A DNA stretch of 64,000 bases from Luteimonas sp. (GCA_035250245.1 DATFFH010000019.1:14167-78166), one strand, 5' to 3'; counted from the stretch's first letter, positions 41,732-52,112 are shown. Notes: a model not told the origin generated them from the sequence alone. Program-made: numbers and translations.

Positions 41732-43821
41732 ACGCACAAGTCGACCTGCAGGTCTCTTCGCCCGATCTGGAAGCCTTGCGCGATCCCGGACTCTATTTCA
41801 ACCGCGAACTGTCGCAACTCGACTTCAACTTCCGGGTCCTGGCCCAGGCCCAGGACCCGCAGGTGCCGCTGCTGGAGCGGCTGCGCTACCTGTGCATTTC
41901 CTGCACGAACCTGGACGAATTCTTCGAGATCCGCGCCGCGACCGTGCGCCACGCGCAGGATTTCGGCATGGTCTCTGCCCAGGACGGGCTGTCGCCGGCG
42001 ACCGTGCTCAAGCATATCCACGACCGCGCCGCGTCGCTGGTCGATGCCCAGTACCGCTGCTGGAACGAAGACCTGCGCCCGGCGCTGACCGAAACGGGCA
42101 TCCGCGTGCTGGGCCGCAATTCCTGGAACGCCAAGCAATCGCGCTGGCTACGCGCCTATTTCCGCGACGAGATCATGCCGGTGCTGTCGCCGCTGGGCCT
42201 GGATCCCGCGCATCCGTTCCCCAAGATCCTCAACAAATCGCTGAACATCGTGGTGGTGCTGGAGGGCAAGGACGCGTTCGGGCGCGCCGGCCATCTGGCG
42301 ATCGTGCGCGCGCCGCGTTCGCTGTCGCGGATCATCCAGCTGCCGCAGGAAGTCTCCGGCGGCGAAAACGACTTCGTGCTGTTGTCCTCGGTGCTGTCGG
42401 CCTTCGTCGAGGAACTGTTCCCCGGCATGGAGGTGAAAGGCGCCTACCAGTTCCGCGTCACCCGTAATTCGGAGTTGATCGTCGACGAAGACGAAGTCGA
42501 GAACCTGGCTTTGGCCTTGCGCGACGAACTGGTCGGCCGCGGCTATCTGCGCGCGATGCGGCTGGAGATCGCCGAGGATTGCCCGCCGCCGATCGTGCGC
42601 ATGCTGCTGGAGAATTTCGACCTGCCCGAGAACGCGGTCTATCGCATCAACGGCCCGGTCAACCTGAATCGCGTGATCCAGATTTACGACCTGGTGCAAC
42701 GCCCGGATTTGAAATTCGTGCCGTTCCAGCCGCGCGTGCCCTCCGGCACGGAATCGCTGTTCGAGCGCATCTCCGGCGGCGACATGATGCTGCACCATCC
42801 GTACGATTCGTTCGTGCCCGTGCTGGAATTGGTGAAGCAGGCCGCCAGCGATCCGGGCGTGCTGGCGATCAAGCAAACGCTGTACCGCACCGGCCGCGAA
42901 TCGCAGATCGTCGAGCACTTGGTCCAGGCCGCGCGCAACGGCAAGGACGTGACGGTGGTGGTCGAGTTGCGCGCGCGTTTCGACGAAGAAGCCAACCTGG
43001 CCTTCGCCGATCGCTTGCAGGAAGCCGGCGTGCAGGTCGTGTACGGCGTGGTCGGCTACAAGACCCACGCCAAGATGCTGCTGATCGTGCGCCGCGAAGG
43101 CCGCAAGCTGCGCCGCTACGTGCACATGGGCACCGGCAACTACCACAGCGGCACGGCGCGCGCCTATACCGATGTCAGCCTGATCACGGCCGACCCCGAA
43201 ATCGGCAGCGACGTGCACCAGATCTTCCAGCAGATCTCCGGCTTGGCGCCGGCGATCGAACTCAAGCGCCTGCTGCAATCGCCTTTCACCCTGCATGCCG
43301 GCGTGCTGGAACGGATCGAACGCGAAGCGCGGCACGCGCGCGCGGGCCGTCCGGGCCGGATCATCGCCAAGATGAACGCTCTCAACGAACCGCAGGTGGT
43401 GCGCGCCCTGTATGCCGCCTCGCAGGCAGGCGTGCAAATCGACCTGATCGTGCGCGGCGCCTGCACGCTGCGGCCGGGCGTGCCGGGCGTATCGGAGAAC
43501 ATCCGCGTGCGCTCGATCGTCGGCCGTTTCCTGGAGCACAGCCGCGTGTACTGGTTCGGCAACGACGGTGATCCGGACTTGTTCTGCACCAGCGCCGACT
43601 GGCTGGAGCGCAATCTGCTGCGCCGGGTCGAAACCGCGTTCCCGATTCTGGACCCAGAGCTCGCCGCGCGCGTGCGCGACGAGGCGCTGGACAATTATCT
43701 GGCCGATAACCTCAACGCTTGGGAATTGCAAGCCGACGGCGGCTACCGCAAGCTCGCGCCGCAGGATGGCGCCGCACCGCATTCCGCACAGACCGCACTG
43801 TTGGCTAAAATCTGCGGATGA
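41728..43821 (+). CDS. ppk1: Polyphosphate kinase 1
   Basis: FNRELSQL.FN.RVL, NLDEFFEIR, HHPYDSF, KTHAK, IVGRFLEHSR. Confidence 0.97.
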   Translation: MNAQVDLQVSSPDLEALRDPGLYFNRELSQLDFNFRVLAQAQDPQVPLLERLRYLCISCTNLDEFFEIRAATVRHAQDFGMVSAQDGLSPATVLKHIHDRAASLVDAQYRCWNEDLRPALTETGIRVLGRNSWNAKQSRWLRAYFRDEIMPVLSPLGLDPAHPFPKILNKSLNIVVVLEGKDAFGRAGHLAIVRAPRSLSRIIQLPQEVSGGENDFVLLSSVLSAFVEELFPGMEVKGAYQFRVTRNSELIVDEDEVENLALALRDELVGRGYLRAMRLEIAEDCPPPIVRMLLENFDLPENAVYRINGPVNLNRVIQIYDLVQRPDLKFVPFQPRVPSGTESLFERISGGDMMLHHPYDSFVPVLELVKQAASDPGVLAIKQTLYRTGRESQIVEHLVQAARNGKDVTVVVELRARFDEEANLAFADRLQEAGVQVVYGVVGYKTHAKMLLIVRREGRKLRRYVHMGTGNYHSGTARAYTDVSLITADPEIGSDVHQIFQQISGLAPAIELKRLLQSPFTLHAGVLERIEREARHARAGRPGRIIAKMNALNEPQVVRALYAASQAGVQIDLIVRGACTLRPGVPGVSENIRVRSIVGRFLEHSRVYWFGNDGDPDLFCTSADWLERNLLRRVETAFPILDPELAARVRDEALDNYLADNLNAWELQADGGYRKLAPQDGAAPHSAQTALLAKICG

Positions 43822-45350
43822 GCCCAAGCCCTGCCATCGCCGCCCCGCCTCCGCTGCAGGACGGGGACATGCTGGCGGCGATCGACATGGGCTCCAACAG
43901 CTTCCATATGGTGGTCGCGCGCTACACGCTCGGCCAGCTGCGCATCGTCGACCGCCTGCGCGAGACCGTGCGCCTGGCCGAAGGCCTGGAAGGCAAAGGC
44001 GGCTTGAACGCCGAAGTGAAGCAGCGCGCGCTCGACTGTCTGGCGCGCTTCGGCCAGCGGATCCGCGACATTCCGCCGCAGCGCGTGCGCGCGGTGGCCA
44101 CCAATACCGTGCGCCAGTTGGCACAGCCGCAAGCGTTCCTGGTACCCGCCGAAACCGCGCTGGGCCATGCCATCGAAGTGGTGTCCGGCCGCGAAGAAGC
44201 GCGTCTGGTCTATCTGGGCGTCGCCCATGCGCAGCCACCCAAGCCGCAGCAGTTGCGTCTGGTGATCGACATCGGCGGCGGCTCCACCGAATGCATCATC
44301 GGCAGCGGCTTCGACGCGATCGAGCGCGAAAGCTTGCAGGTGGGCTGCGTGGCCAGCACCCGCCGCTTCTTCGGCAACGGCAAGCTGTCGAAGAAACGCT
44401 GGCGCGAGGCGCTGACCGAAGTCGCGGCCGAATTCCAGCAATTCACCGTCGCCTATCGCACGCTCGGTTGGCACGAAGCTTTGGGTTCGTCGGGCACGAA
44501 CAAGGCCATCGGCGACATCTGCGCGGCGATGAAGCTGACCAAGGGCGCGGTGACGGCGGAAGCCCTGCCGGTAGTGCGCGATCGGCTGTTGCAGGCCGAA
44601 CGCATCCAGGACATCGACCTGCCGGGCCTATCCGACGAGCGCCGGCCGATCATCGCCGGCGGCTTGTTGATCCTGGAAGCCGCCTTCGAAGTGTTGGGCC
44701 TGCAGCGCATGGCGGTGAGCAAAGCCGCGCTGCGCGAAGGCGTGCTGTACGACATGCTCGGCCGCGGAGGCGCCGACGATCCTCGCGAAGCCTCGGTGGC
44801 GGCGCTGATGCAGCGCTACGGCATCGACCCGCAACAGGCTGCGCGAGTGAAGCAAACGGCGCTGGCCTTGTTCGAACAAGCGGCCGAAGCCTGGTCGATG
44901 GACGCAGATGACGCCTACATGCTCGGCTGGGCCGCGCGTTTGCACGAGACCGGCCTGGCGATCGCGCACAGCCAGTACCACGTGCACGGCGCCTACGTGC
45001 TGGAGAATTCGGACATCGCCGGCTTCTCGCGCCAGGAACAGCAGGTGCTGGCCTCGCTGGTTCGCACGCACCGGCGCAACGTGTCCAAGAGCGCGTTCGA
45101 TGCCCTGCCCGACCGCTTGCTGCTCAGCGCCAAGCGCAAAGCGGCGCTGCTGCGCCTGGCGGTGTCGCTGCACCGCTCGCACGAAGCCGATCCGATTCCG
45201 AAGCTGGACCTGAGCGTGAACGGCGAGCGCATGGAACTGGTGCTGTCGCGCTCCTGGGTCGACGCCCGCCCATTGCTGCGCCAGGACATGCTGGGCGAAG
45301 TCGAAGGCCTGGCCGGATTGGGCATCAGCTTCAAACCCTTCCTCGCCTGA
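43818..45350 (+). CDS. ppx: Exopolyphosphatase
   Basis: AAIDMGSNSFH, SGREEARL, DIGGGSTE, ALREG, LHETG. Confidence 0.95.
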   Translation: MSPSPAIAAPPPLQDGDMLAAIDMGSNSFHMVVARYTLGQLRIVDRLRETVRLAEGLEGKGGLNAEVKQRALDCLARFGQRIRDIPPQRVRAVATNTVRQLAQPQAFLVPAETALGHAIEVVSGREEARLVYLGVAHAQPPKPQQLRLVIDIGGGSTECIIGSGFDAIERESLQVGCVASTRRFFGNGKLSKKRWREALTEVAAEFQQFTVAYRTLGWHEALGSSGTNKAIGDICAAMKLTKGAVTAEALPVVRDRLLQAERIQDIDLPGLSDERRPIIAGGLLILEAAFEVLGLQRMAVSKAALREGVLYDMLGRGGADDPREASVAALMQRYGIDPQQAARVKQTALALFEQAAEAWSMDADDAYMLGWAARLHETGLAIAHSQYHVHGAYVLENSDIAGFSRQEQQVLASLVRTHRRNVSKSAFDALPDRLLLSAKRKAALLRLAVSLHRSHEADPIPKLDLSVNGERMELVLSRSWVDARPLLRQDMLGEVEGLAGLGISFKPFLA

Positions 45351-45364
45351 CTAAGCCTGCTTGT

Positions 45365-45509
45365 GTAGAGCGGAGCTTGCTCCGCTGCCCTTGCTTGGCT
45401 TTGTAGAGCGAGGCTTGCTCCGCTGCTTTTGTATTTCGACCGCATTCGTCGATAAGGGGCAAGCCCCCGCTCTTACAAAGCCAAAGCAGCGGAGCAAGCT
45501 CCGCTCTAC
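45365..45509. repeat. Cluster of GTAGAGCGGAGCTTGCTCCGCTG REPs
   Basis: Two direct copies and one inverted copy. Confidence 0.85.
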
Positions 45510-45622
45510 ACAAGCGGGTGCGCCCTAGGGTCCGCCCCAGGATTGACGTCCGCCGCGGGACCCGGGAATTTAACCTCGGCGATGCGGACCTGGCAGGGCG
45601 CATCCCGCCGACACCCCGCGTC

Positions 45623-45658
45623 GAGGCGCATGCGTCCCCCAACGTATGCGCCTCTTTT
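45623..45658 (+). terminator. Intrinsic terminator after ppx
   Basis: GAGGCGCATGCGT-CCCCCA-ACGTATGCGCCTC-TTTT. Confidence 0.7.
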
Positions 45659-45682
45659 ATTGCCCGCTGAACGCCGCTACCG

Positions 45683-45700
45683 CTGTCATGCCGCGGTCAC
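45683..45700 (+). promoter_or_regulatory. Pho box upstream of the GT4-PAP2 pair
   Basis: CTGTCAT-GCCG-CGGTCAC, 72 bp before the ATG. Confidence 0.65.
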
Positions 45701-45772
45701 CGGCATGAAACCGCCGTTTCATCCCCCGCGCCCAGTATCCCTGGAACGTCCGGCAAGACGCCGGGGGATCGC

Positions 45773-46921
45773 ATGCGCTACGCCATCGTCACGGAGACTT
45801 ACCCGCCCGAGGTCAACGGCGTCGCCTTGACCATCGGCGGTTTGGAGAACGGATTGCGCGCGCGCGGACACGAGGTGAGCGTCGTGCGTCCGCGCCAGGC
45901 CGCCGACGCCGCGCCGAAGCCGCATGAAATGCTGGTCCGCGGTGCGCCGCTGCCGCGTTATCCCGGGCTGCGCTTCGGCTTTCCCGCCACGCGCAAACTG
46001 ACCGCCGCGTGGCGCAATGCCGCACCCGATGCGATCTACATCGCCACCGAAGGTCCGCTGGGCTGGTCCGCGCTGCGCGCGGCGCGGCGCCTGGGCATAC
46101 CGGCGGCGACCGGCTTCCATACGCGTTTCGACGAATACATGCGCGATTACGGCGCGAAGTTCCTGCAAGGCGTCGCGCTGAACTGGATGCGGCGCTTCCA
46201 CAACCGCGCCGACGCCACCCTGGTGCCCACCCTTGAGCTGGCCGGCTTCCTGCGCGGCTCTGGCTTCGACAATGTGCATCGCCTGCCGCGTGCGGTGGAC
46301 ACGCGCCTGTTCGACCCGGTCCGGCGCGATCCGGAATTGCGCCGTGCCTGGGGCGTGGACGACGACGGCCTGGCGGTGATCTACGTCGGCCGCATCGCGC
46401 CCGAGAAGAATCTGGAGCTCGCGGTGCGCGGTTTCCGCGAACTGCAGAAGCGCGTGCCGCGAGCGCGCTTCGTCTGGGTCGGCGACGGCCCCTCGCGTCC
46501 GAAACTGGCGCAGGAGAATCCCGATTTCGTGTTCTGCGGCGTGCAGCGCGGGGTCGAAGTCGCCCGCCATTTCGCCAGCGGCGATCTGTTCCTGTTTCCC
46601 AGCCGCACCGAGACTTTCGGCAACGTCACCTTGGAAGCGATGGCCAGCGGCCTGCCGACCGTCGCTTTCGACTACGGCGCCGCGCGCGAATACCTGCGCG
46701 ACGGCATCCATGGCGCCGCGATCCAGGACGGCGACGACGAAGGTTTCGTTTCCGCCGCCGCGCACATCGGCGCGGATCGCGAAATGCGCGCCACGATGGG
46801 CGCGGTCGCGCGTCAGGCGGTGGCCTCGCTGCGGCCCGAACAGGTCGCTTCCGATTTCGACGATTTGCTCATGCGCTTGGCCGACCTCAGGAGGGCTTAT
46901 GCATCCGCTGCCTCGGCGTGA
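45773..46921 (+). CDS. GT4 glycosyltransferase (Agt-like glycolipid synthase candidate)
   Basis: VTETYPPEVNGV, ATEGPLG, GFHTRF, ETFGNVTLEAMASG. Confidence 0.88.
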   Translation: MRYAIVTETYPPEVNGVALTIGGLENGLRARGHEVSVVRPRQAADAAPKPHEMLVRGAPLPRYPGLRFGFPATRKLTAAWRNAAPDAIYIATEGPLGWSALRAARRLGIPAATGFHTRFDEYMRDYGAKFLQGVALNWMRRFHNRADATLVPTLELAGFLRGSGFDNVHRLPRAVDTRLFDPVRRDPELRRAWGVDDDGLAVIYVGRIAPEKNLELAVRGFRELQKRVPRARFVWVGDGPSRPKLAQENPDFVFCGVQRGVEVARHFASGDLFLFPSRTETFGNVTLEAMASGLPTVAFDYGAAREYLRDGIHGAAIQDGDDEGFVSAAAHIGADREMRATMGAVARQAVASLRPEQVASDFDDLLMRLADLRRAYASAASA

Positions 46922-47462
46922 ACCGTTCGCTGCGCGCGGACGGCGTTTGGAATCGCATTGGTGCCTGCGCGCCAACCACTGGGCCGACCGGCAAGGCGCG
47001 CGCGCTTATTTTGCCGCGATCAGCCGGCTGGGCGATGGCGTGTTCTGGTATGTGCTGATGGCCGCGATGGTGCTGTTCGACGGCTACGAAGGCTTGAAGG
47101 CTTCGGCCCATCTTGCGTCGACCGGTGTCGTTTCGCTCGGTCTGTACAAACTGCTCAAAGGCTGGACCAAGCGTCCCCGCCCTTGCGCTTCGGACCTGCG
47201 CATCCGTGCCTGGGTGGCGCCGCTGGACGAGTTCAGTTTCCCGTCCGGGCATACCTTGCATGCCGTCGCGTTCACGCTGGTGGCCTTGGCCCACTATCCG
47301 GTGCTGGCCTGGGTGCTGATTCCGTTCACCGCCAGCGTCGCGGTGTCGCGCATCGTGCTGGGCCTGCATTATCCGAGCGACGTGCTGGCCGCGACCGGCA
47401 TCGGCACCACGTTGGCGGGCCTGTCGTTGTGGCTGGTGCCCGGCGTGTCCCTCTTCGCCTGA
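46899..47462 (+). CDS. PAP2-family phosphatase
   Basis: K...KRPRP, SFPSGH, SRIVLGLHYPSDV. Confidence 0.9.
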   Translation: MHPLPRREPFAARGRRLESHWCLRANHWADRQGARAYFAAISRLGDGVFWYVLMAAMVLFDGYEGLKASAHLASTGVVSLGLYKLLKGWTKRPRPCASDLRIRAWVAPLDEFSFPSGHTLHAVAFTLVALAHYPVLAWVLIPFTASVAVSRIVLGLHYPSDVLAATGIGTTLAGLSLWLVPGVSLFA

Positions 47463-47496
47463 TCCGCTCTTTTCGCCGACCTGTTTTTTTGTTTTT

Positions 47497-47567
47497 GTAG
47501 AGTCGAGCCTTGCTCGACTGCTTTTGTCGCAGCGGGTCGAAGAGCAGTCGAGCAGGCTCGACTCTAC
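47497..47567. repeat. GTAGAGTCGAGC REP doublet overlapping the hydrolase stop
   Basis: Stop TAG (47566-64) lies in the GTAG tag. Confidence 0.85.
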
Positions 47568-48445
47568 AAAAGCTCGACTTTTGCGGTGGCGAGGCCGGGC
47601 TTCAGCTGCCCGGGCCAATCGCGATCGTTCGCGACTTGCGCCCGCTCGCGGCTGGCCTCCAAAGCCTCGAAATCCAGATCGGCGAAAGCCCAGACCTGGT
47701 CGCCCTGCGTTTGCGCAACGATGCCGTCGGACGGGAACCCGACATCCATCGGCGCATACACCGTCGCTTCGCCGACGTTGAAATCCAGCGCCGGACTCCA
47801 CGGCGCTTCGCCCGCGGTCACCGACTGCGCCACATAGCAGCGGTTTTCCAAAGCCCGCGCCAGGCAGCCGACCCGCACCCGCGTCGCACCCGCCGCGGCT
47901 TCGGTGCAGCTGGGCACGATCAGCAGCTTCGCCCCGGCTTCGCATTGCGCGCGCACCGGCAACGGGAATTCGATGTCGTAGCAGACCGCGATCGCGCCAC
48001 GCACGCCGCCGATGTCGAACGCCTTCAACGCATCGCCACCGTGGATGGTGTTCGCTTTCTTTTCGAAGCCGGTCATCTGCAGCTTGTCCTGCCAGACGCG
48101 GCCGCCGTCGGGCGCGAACAGATACGAGCGGTTGCGATAACCGCCGTTGCCATCGGCCAGTAGAAAGGTGCCGGCGACGATCCGCATTCCGGTATCGCGG
48201 GCCAGGCCACTGAACAGCGCCAGCCAATCGTCGTGGTAACGCTGGATCCCAGCCAGCGAGCCCTGCAGATCGCTGCGCACCGGTTCCTCGAAGGTGGCGC
48301 CGAGCTCCAACGAGAGATATTCAGGCAGTACGGCCCATTGCGCGTCCTGCGCGGCCGCATGCTCAAGCAGGCGACGCTGTTTTTCGGCGAATTCGGCGAA
48401 GTCGCGCGGCGCTTCGACGGGATACTTGGCGACCGCGATCTTCAT
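47564..48445 (-). CDS. Carbon-nitrogen hydrolase (nitrilase superfamily)
   Basis: LPEY (Glu), QDKLQMT (Lys), AVCYDIEFP (Cys), ARALEN. Confidence 0.9.
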   Translation of the reverse strand: MKIAVAKYPVEAPRDFAEFAEKQRRLLEHAAAQDAQWAVLPEYLSLELGATFEEPVRSDLQGSLAGIQRYHDDWLALFSGLARDTGMRIVAGTFLLADGNGGYRNRSYLFAPDGGRVWQDKLQMTGFEKKANTIHGGDALKAFDIGGVRGAIAVCYDIEFPLPVRAQCEAGAKLLIVPSCTEAAAGATRVRVGCLARALENRCYVAQSVTAGEAPWSPALDFNVGEATVYAPMDVGFPSDGIVAQTQGDQVWAFADLDFEALEASRERAQVANDRDWPGQLKPGLATAKVELL

Positions 48446-49050
48446 TCGTTCTCCTGCGTCAGCGGACGTAGCCAGAAAGTCAGTTCATGTTCGCAATCGC
48501 CGCGGCCGATTTCGTTCCAATGAAGATGCATGGCCATACCCGGTTGCCTGCGATAGCCCCGCTTAACCCAGAACGCCTCGTTGCCGCGGTGATCGCGTGG
48601 CCGGCGCGGATCGTCCGCATCGCGGTCGACCGCGCAGAAAGCGGTCCAACGAAAGCGGCCGAGCGCTCGCGCATGCGCTTCGCGATGGTCGAAAAAGGCG
48701 TGGCCGACGCCCTGCCCGCGATAAGCCGGCAACAGCACCGATTCGCCGCAGTAAAAAACTTCTTCGACCGGCATACCGCGATCCAAGAATGGCGCCTGGA
48801 ATTCGGCGGCATCGTCCGCCAAAGGCAAACCGGTCGATGCGCCGATCACCTTGTCGCCGTCGAAGGCCAGGACGAATACGCTGTTCGGCGATGCGGCGTA
48901 AGCGGCCAGGTATTCACGTTCGTAGGCCCGACTGCCTTCGTACAGATAGGGCCAGTCGCGGAATACTGTCATGCGCAACTCGGCGACGGCGTCCAGATAA
49001 GGCGCGACTTCGGCTCCGCGAAAACGAGCGATGGCGAGGGTTGAGGACAT
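48442..49050 (-). CDS. GNAT-family acetyltransferase
   Basis: LR.TVFRDWPYLYEG, ESVLLPAYRGQGVG, FW.KRGY. Confidence 0.88.
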   Translation of the reverse strand: MSSTLAIARFRGAEVAPYLDAVAELRMTVFRDWPYLYEGSRAYEREYLAAYAASPNSVFVLAFDGDKVIGASTGLPLADDAAEFQAPFLDRGMPVEEVFYCGESVLLPAYRGQGVGHAFFDHREAHARALGRFRWTAFCAVDRDADDPRRPRDHRGNEAFWVKRGYRRQPGMAMHLHWNEIGRGDCEHELTFWLRPLTQENE

Positions 49051-49155
49051 CCTGCCCACTTTACCCTACGCCATCCATCAAACCGTTCGCGATCCGTAGG
49101 CTGGGTTGAAAACCCAGCATCGCCATGGTCCGTCAACGAGTAAGTCGCATCGAAA

Positions 49156-50478
49156 TCAGCGCAACGACGACCCCAGCTCGTACCAATCCACCTTGCGCGT
49201 CGCCCACATGATTCCGGCCAAGATCGCGAACAGCAGCACCGAACCCATCAACAGCGCGTTGTCCTCGGAGATCAGCAGCCCGTACAACACGCCGTACAGC
49301 AGGGTCAGCATCGCCGCGAACCCGAGCCCGCGCAGCCGGCTGCGCAGCACATGGCTCAGGTAGAAACCTTGCAGGCCGATGCAGGCCGCAGCCGAGGCCA
49401 GATACGCCTGCCAGAACGGGATGTGTTCGGATAGGCCGAGCAGCAGCAGGAAGAAAATCGCCAGAGCCAAGCCGACTAGCAGATATTGCAGCGGATGGAT
49501 CGGCAGCCTCTTGATCAATTCGAACATCGCGAAACCGACGAAAGTCAGCACGATGAAGAGAATGCCGTATTTGCTGGCGCGGTCGGCTTGGGAATAGATG
49601 TTGACCGGGTCGACCAGACTTACCTGCAGGCTATCCAGCGGCTTGTCGCCGGCGATGCCGTAACCGGTGGCCAGCTGTCCTTGCGCATCGCTCGCCAGAG
49701 AAGAAATATCCCAGCCCGCATCGAAGCCGTTGGCCGCGATCTTGCGCGTTTGCGGCAGGAAACGCCCGCCGAACTGCGGGTGCGGCCATGCCGAACGCAG
49801 CTGGATGCTATTGCTGTCGGCAACCGGCACGACGGAGAGCGACTCGGTCCCGGCGATCGCGAACTCGATGCGCACGTCGCGTCCGGGCACCAACCCCGGC
49901 GCCGCGGGCGGCAATTCGGCATGCACTCCACCGATCTGGCGCATTGCATCGCGCGTGCCGGGCGCGAAACGACCCGCCTGGCCGTCGATGGTGAGCTTGG
50001 GCGTGCCAACGAAGCCGCGCACATCCTGCACGCCCAGGATCAGGTAAGGCTTACCGTAGCTGCGCACGCCTTCGTCCGCAGGCAAGGGCTTGTCGAACGT
50101 CGCATTCAACGTGCCGCGCCAGGTGTAGATCCGCACCTCATGCAAACCCAGCTTGCGCGTTTCCGGCAGCAACTGGCCTTGCATGCGCACCGAACGCGGC
50201 GTCTGCAGCACGTAGCCTGTCACCGTCTCGGTTTTCTTCTGCGGAAAATTCCGCGCATCGACCGTGTCGACTTCGCGCGTCTCCGACCACGGGACCACGC
50301 GCAAGGGTCCGGCGATGGTCTGCGAGCCGGCGACGCTCTGCATGATCTGCTCCACCGCCTGATTGCGATACATCTGCCGTTCCTGGATAGAACCGCGGAT
50401 CATCGTCAACGGCACCAACAGCAACAGCACCAGACCGCCTACGGTCAGGAAACGCAGCAATAGACGCATGTTTTTCAT
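49156..50478 (-). CDS. creD: Inner membrane protein CreD
   Basis: W.HPQFGG.FLP, RASKYGILFI, HP.QYLLVGLAL..F.LLLL.LSEH, M..TRKVDWY. Confidence 0.93.
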   Translation of the reverse strand: MKNMRLLLRFLTVGGLVLLLLVPLTMIRGSIQERQMYRNQAVEQIMQSVAGSQTIAGPLRVVPWSETREVDTVDARNFPQKKTETVTGYVLQTPRSVRMQGQLLPETRKLGLHEVRIYTWRGTLNATFDKPLPADEGVRSYGKPYLILGVQDVRGFVGTPKLTIDGQAGRFAPGTRDAMRQIGGVHAELPPAAPGLVPGRDVRIEFAIAGTESLSVVPVADSNSIQLRSAWPHPQFGGRFLPQTRKIAANGFDAGWDISSLASDAQGQLATGYGIAGDKPLDSLQVSLVDPVNIYSQADRASKYGILFIVLTFVGFAMFELIKRLPIHPLQYLLVGLALAIFFLLLLGLSEHIPFWQAYLASAAACIGLQGFYLSHVLRSRLRGLGFAAMLTLLYGVLYGLLISEDNALLMGSVLLFAILAGIMWATRKVDWYELGSSLR

Positions 50479-50588
50479 GGAAGCGGCTCGAGATTGGACG
50501 CCGATAGCCTGTCCGCCGCCAATGAGGCCCCGAAGCGCCGGATTTGAAGCGAATGTGAAGTCTCGATCCCGAGCCTGGAGCAGCTCTT

Positions 50589-50657
50589 GTAGGTGCGAAT
50601 TCATTCGCACGCTGTTCGCTACGGGACGGTAAAGCGCGCGAATGAATTCGCACCTAC
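50589..50657. repeat. GTAGGTGCGAATTCATTCGCAC REP doublet
   Basis: Matches 13541-13601. Confidence 0.85.
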
Positions 50658-50678
50658 GAGAGCTTTCGGCGAACGGCG

Positions 50679-52112
50679 CTACGAAACTGCGGCAGGGATG
50701 CGCAATTCGGCCCACGTGCCGCCGCCCGTACGCGGCTCCAGTCGCACGCTGCCGCCATGCAACGACGTCACTTCGCGGACGAAGGTCAGCCCCAAACCAG
50801 TGCTGCGCGCACCCTGCGGGCGCGGCAATGAATAGAAGCGCTCGAACACACGTTCGGCAGCGAAATCCGGCACGCCGGGACCGCGGTCGCCGATGCGCAG
50901 CACGGCGTCGCGCCCGTCCGCGCCGCATTCGATGTCGATGCTGCCTTCGCGCGGCGAGAAGTCGATGGCGTTGTCGAGCAGGTTGCGCAGGGCTTGCCGC
51001 AATAGGAAGCGATCCCCCTCCACCGCGACCGGCCGCTCCGGATCGGCGAAATCCAAGGTCAAGCCGGCCTGCGCCAGCCGCGGCCCCAATTCTCCTGCCA
51101 CCTCGGCGACCAGCGCCGCGGCATCGATCCGCTCGCGCTGGCCGAGTTCGCGGCGATGCTCCACCGCAGCCAGCGCCAGCAGCTTCTCGATCATTTCCGT
51201 CAAGCGTTCGCTTTGCCCCTGCACATTGGCCGCGAAGCGCGCGCGGTCGGTTTCCGATAGCGGTTCCTGCAGGATCTCCGCCGCGCCGCGGATCGCCGCC
51301 AGCGGGCTCTTCATCTCGTGGGTCAGCGTCTGCACGTACTGCTCGACGTATTGCTTGCCTTCCAATTCCCGGCGCATCGTTTCCAGCGCGCGACCCAGAT
51401 CGCCGATCTCGTCGCGCCGGCGCGGCGGCGGCGGCGCGCGTTCACCGCGACTGACCGCCTGCGCGTAACGGTTGAGGCGGCCGATGCCGCGCGACAGCCA
51501 CCAGGCCATCGCCAATCCGATCAGCGCCGACAGGCCCAGCAACCATCCGCCTTTGCGCAGGATGTTGCGCTGGCTGCGCTCGATCACCGGCTCCATGGTC
51601 CGGTTGGCCTTGGCCACGGTCAGCACACCGATGATTTTTTCGCCATCCAGGATCGGCGCAGCCACATGCATCACCGTGTTCTGCCGATCGCCCGGCGTTT
51701 CGCCGCTGGAACGCGCACCGTATTCGCCGCGCAAAGTGCGATAGACATCATTCCAGCGCGAATAGTCTTTGCCGACCGCTTCGTTGCGCGAATCGTAGAC
51801 CACGATGCCGCGCGCATCGGAAACCAGGATGCGGCCTTCCAGCCGTTCCTTGCGCGTGCCCCAGATGTCCGCGCCCAAGCGTCGATTGCCGGCGGCTGCG
51901 ATGTTGCGGGCGAAAGCGCCGTCGGCGATGCGGCCTGCCTTCATGTCGTCGGCCGCAAGCGCGGCCAGCACGTTGGCTGTGTCCGCCAGGTTGGCTTCCA
52001 TCGCCTGGCGCACGCCCGGCTTCACTTCGTCGACGAATACCCGCATCACGAAGAACGCGGCCACGCCGACGATCAGGAAGAAGCCGAGGAACAGCCGCAG
52101 CCCGAGCTTCAC
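50679..52112 (-). CDS. creC: Sensor histidine kinase CreC
   Basis: VKPGVRQAME, DYSRWNDVYRTLRGEYGARS, LTHEMKSPL, NLLDNA. Confidence 0.93.
   Translation of the reverse strand: MKLGLRLFLGFFLIVGVAAFFVMRVFVDEVKPGVRQAMEANLADTANVLAALAADDMKAGRIADGAFARNIAAAGNRRLGADIWGTRKERLEGRILVSDARGIVVYDSRNEAVGKDYSRWNDVYRTLRGEYGARSSGETPGDRQNTVMHVAAPILDGEKIIGVLTVAKANRTMEPVIERSQRNILRKGGWLLGLSALIGLAMAWWLSRGIGRLNRYAQAVSRGERAPPPPRRRDEIGDLGRALETMRRELEGKQYVEQYVQTLTHEMKSPLAAIRGAAEILQEPLSETDRARFAANVQGQSERLTEMIEKLLALAAVEHRRELGQRERIDAAALVAEVAGELGPRLAQAGLTLDFADPERPVAVEGDRFLLRQALRNLLDNAIDFSPREGSIDIECGADGRDAVLRIGDRGPGVPDFAAERVFERFYSLPRPQGARSTGLGLTFVREVTSLHGGSVRLEPRTGGGTWAELRIPAAVS

Noticed and set aside
41122-44238. 899-aa ppk1 with N-terminal extension and antisense 696-aa ORF
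   Set aside because: The extension overlaps phoR out of frame; the true start is ATG 41728 coupled to the phoR stop; the other ORF is a shadow.
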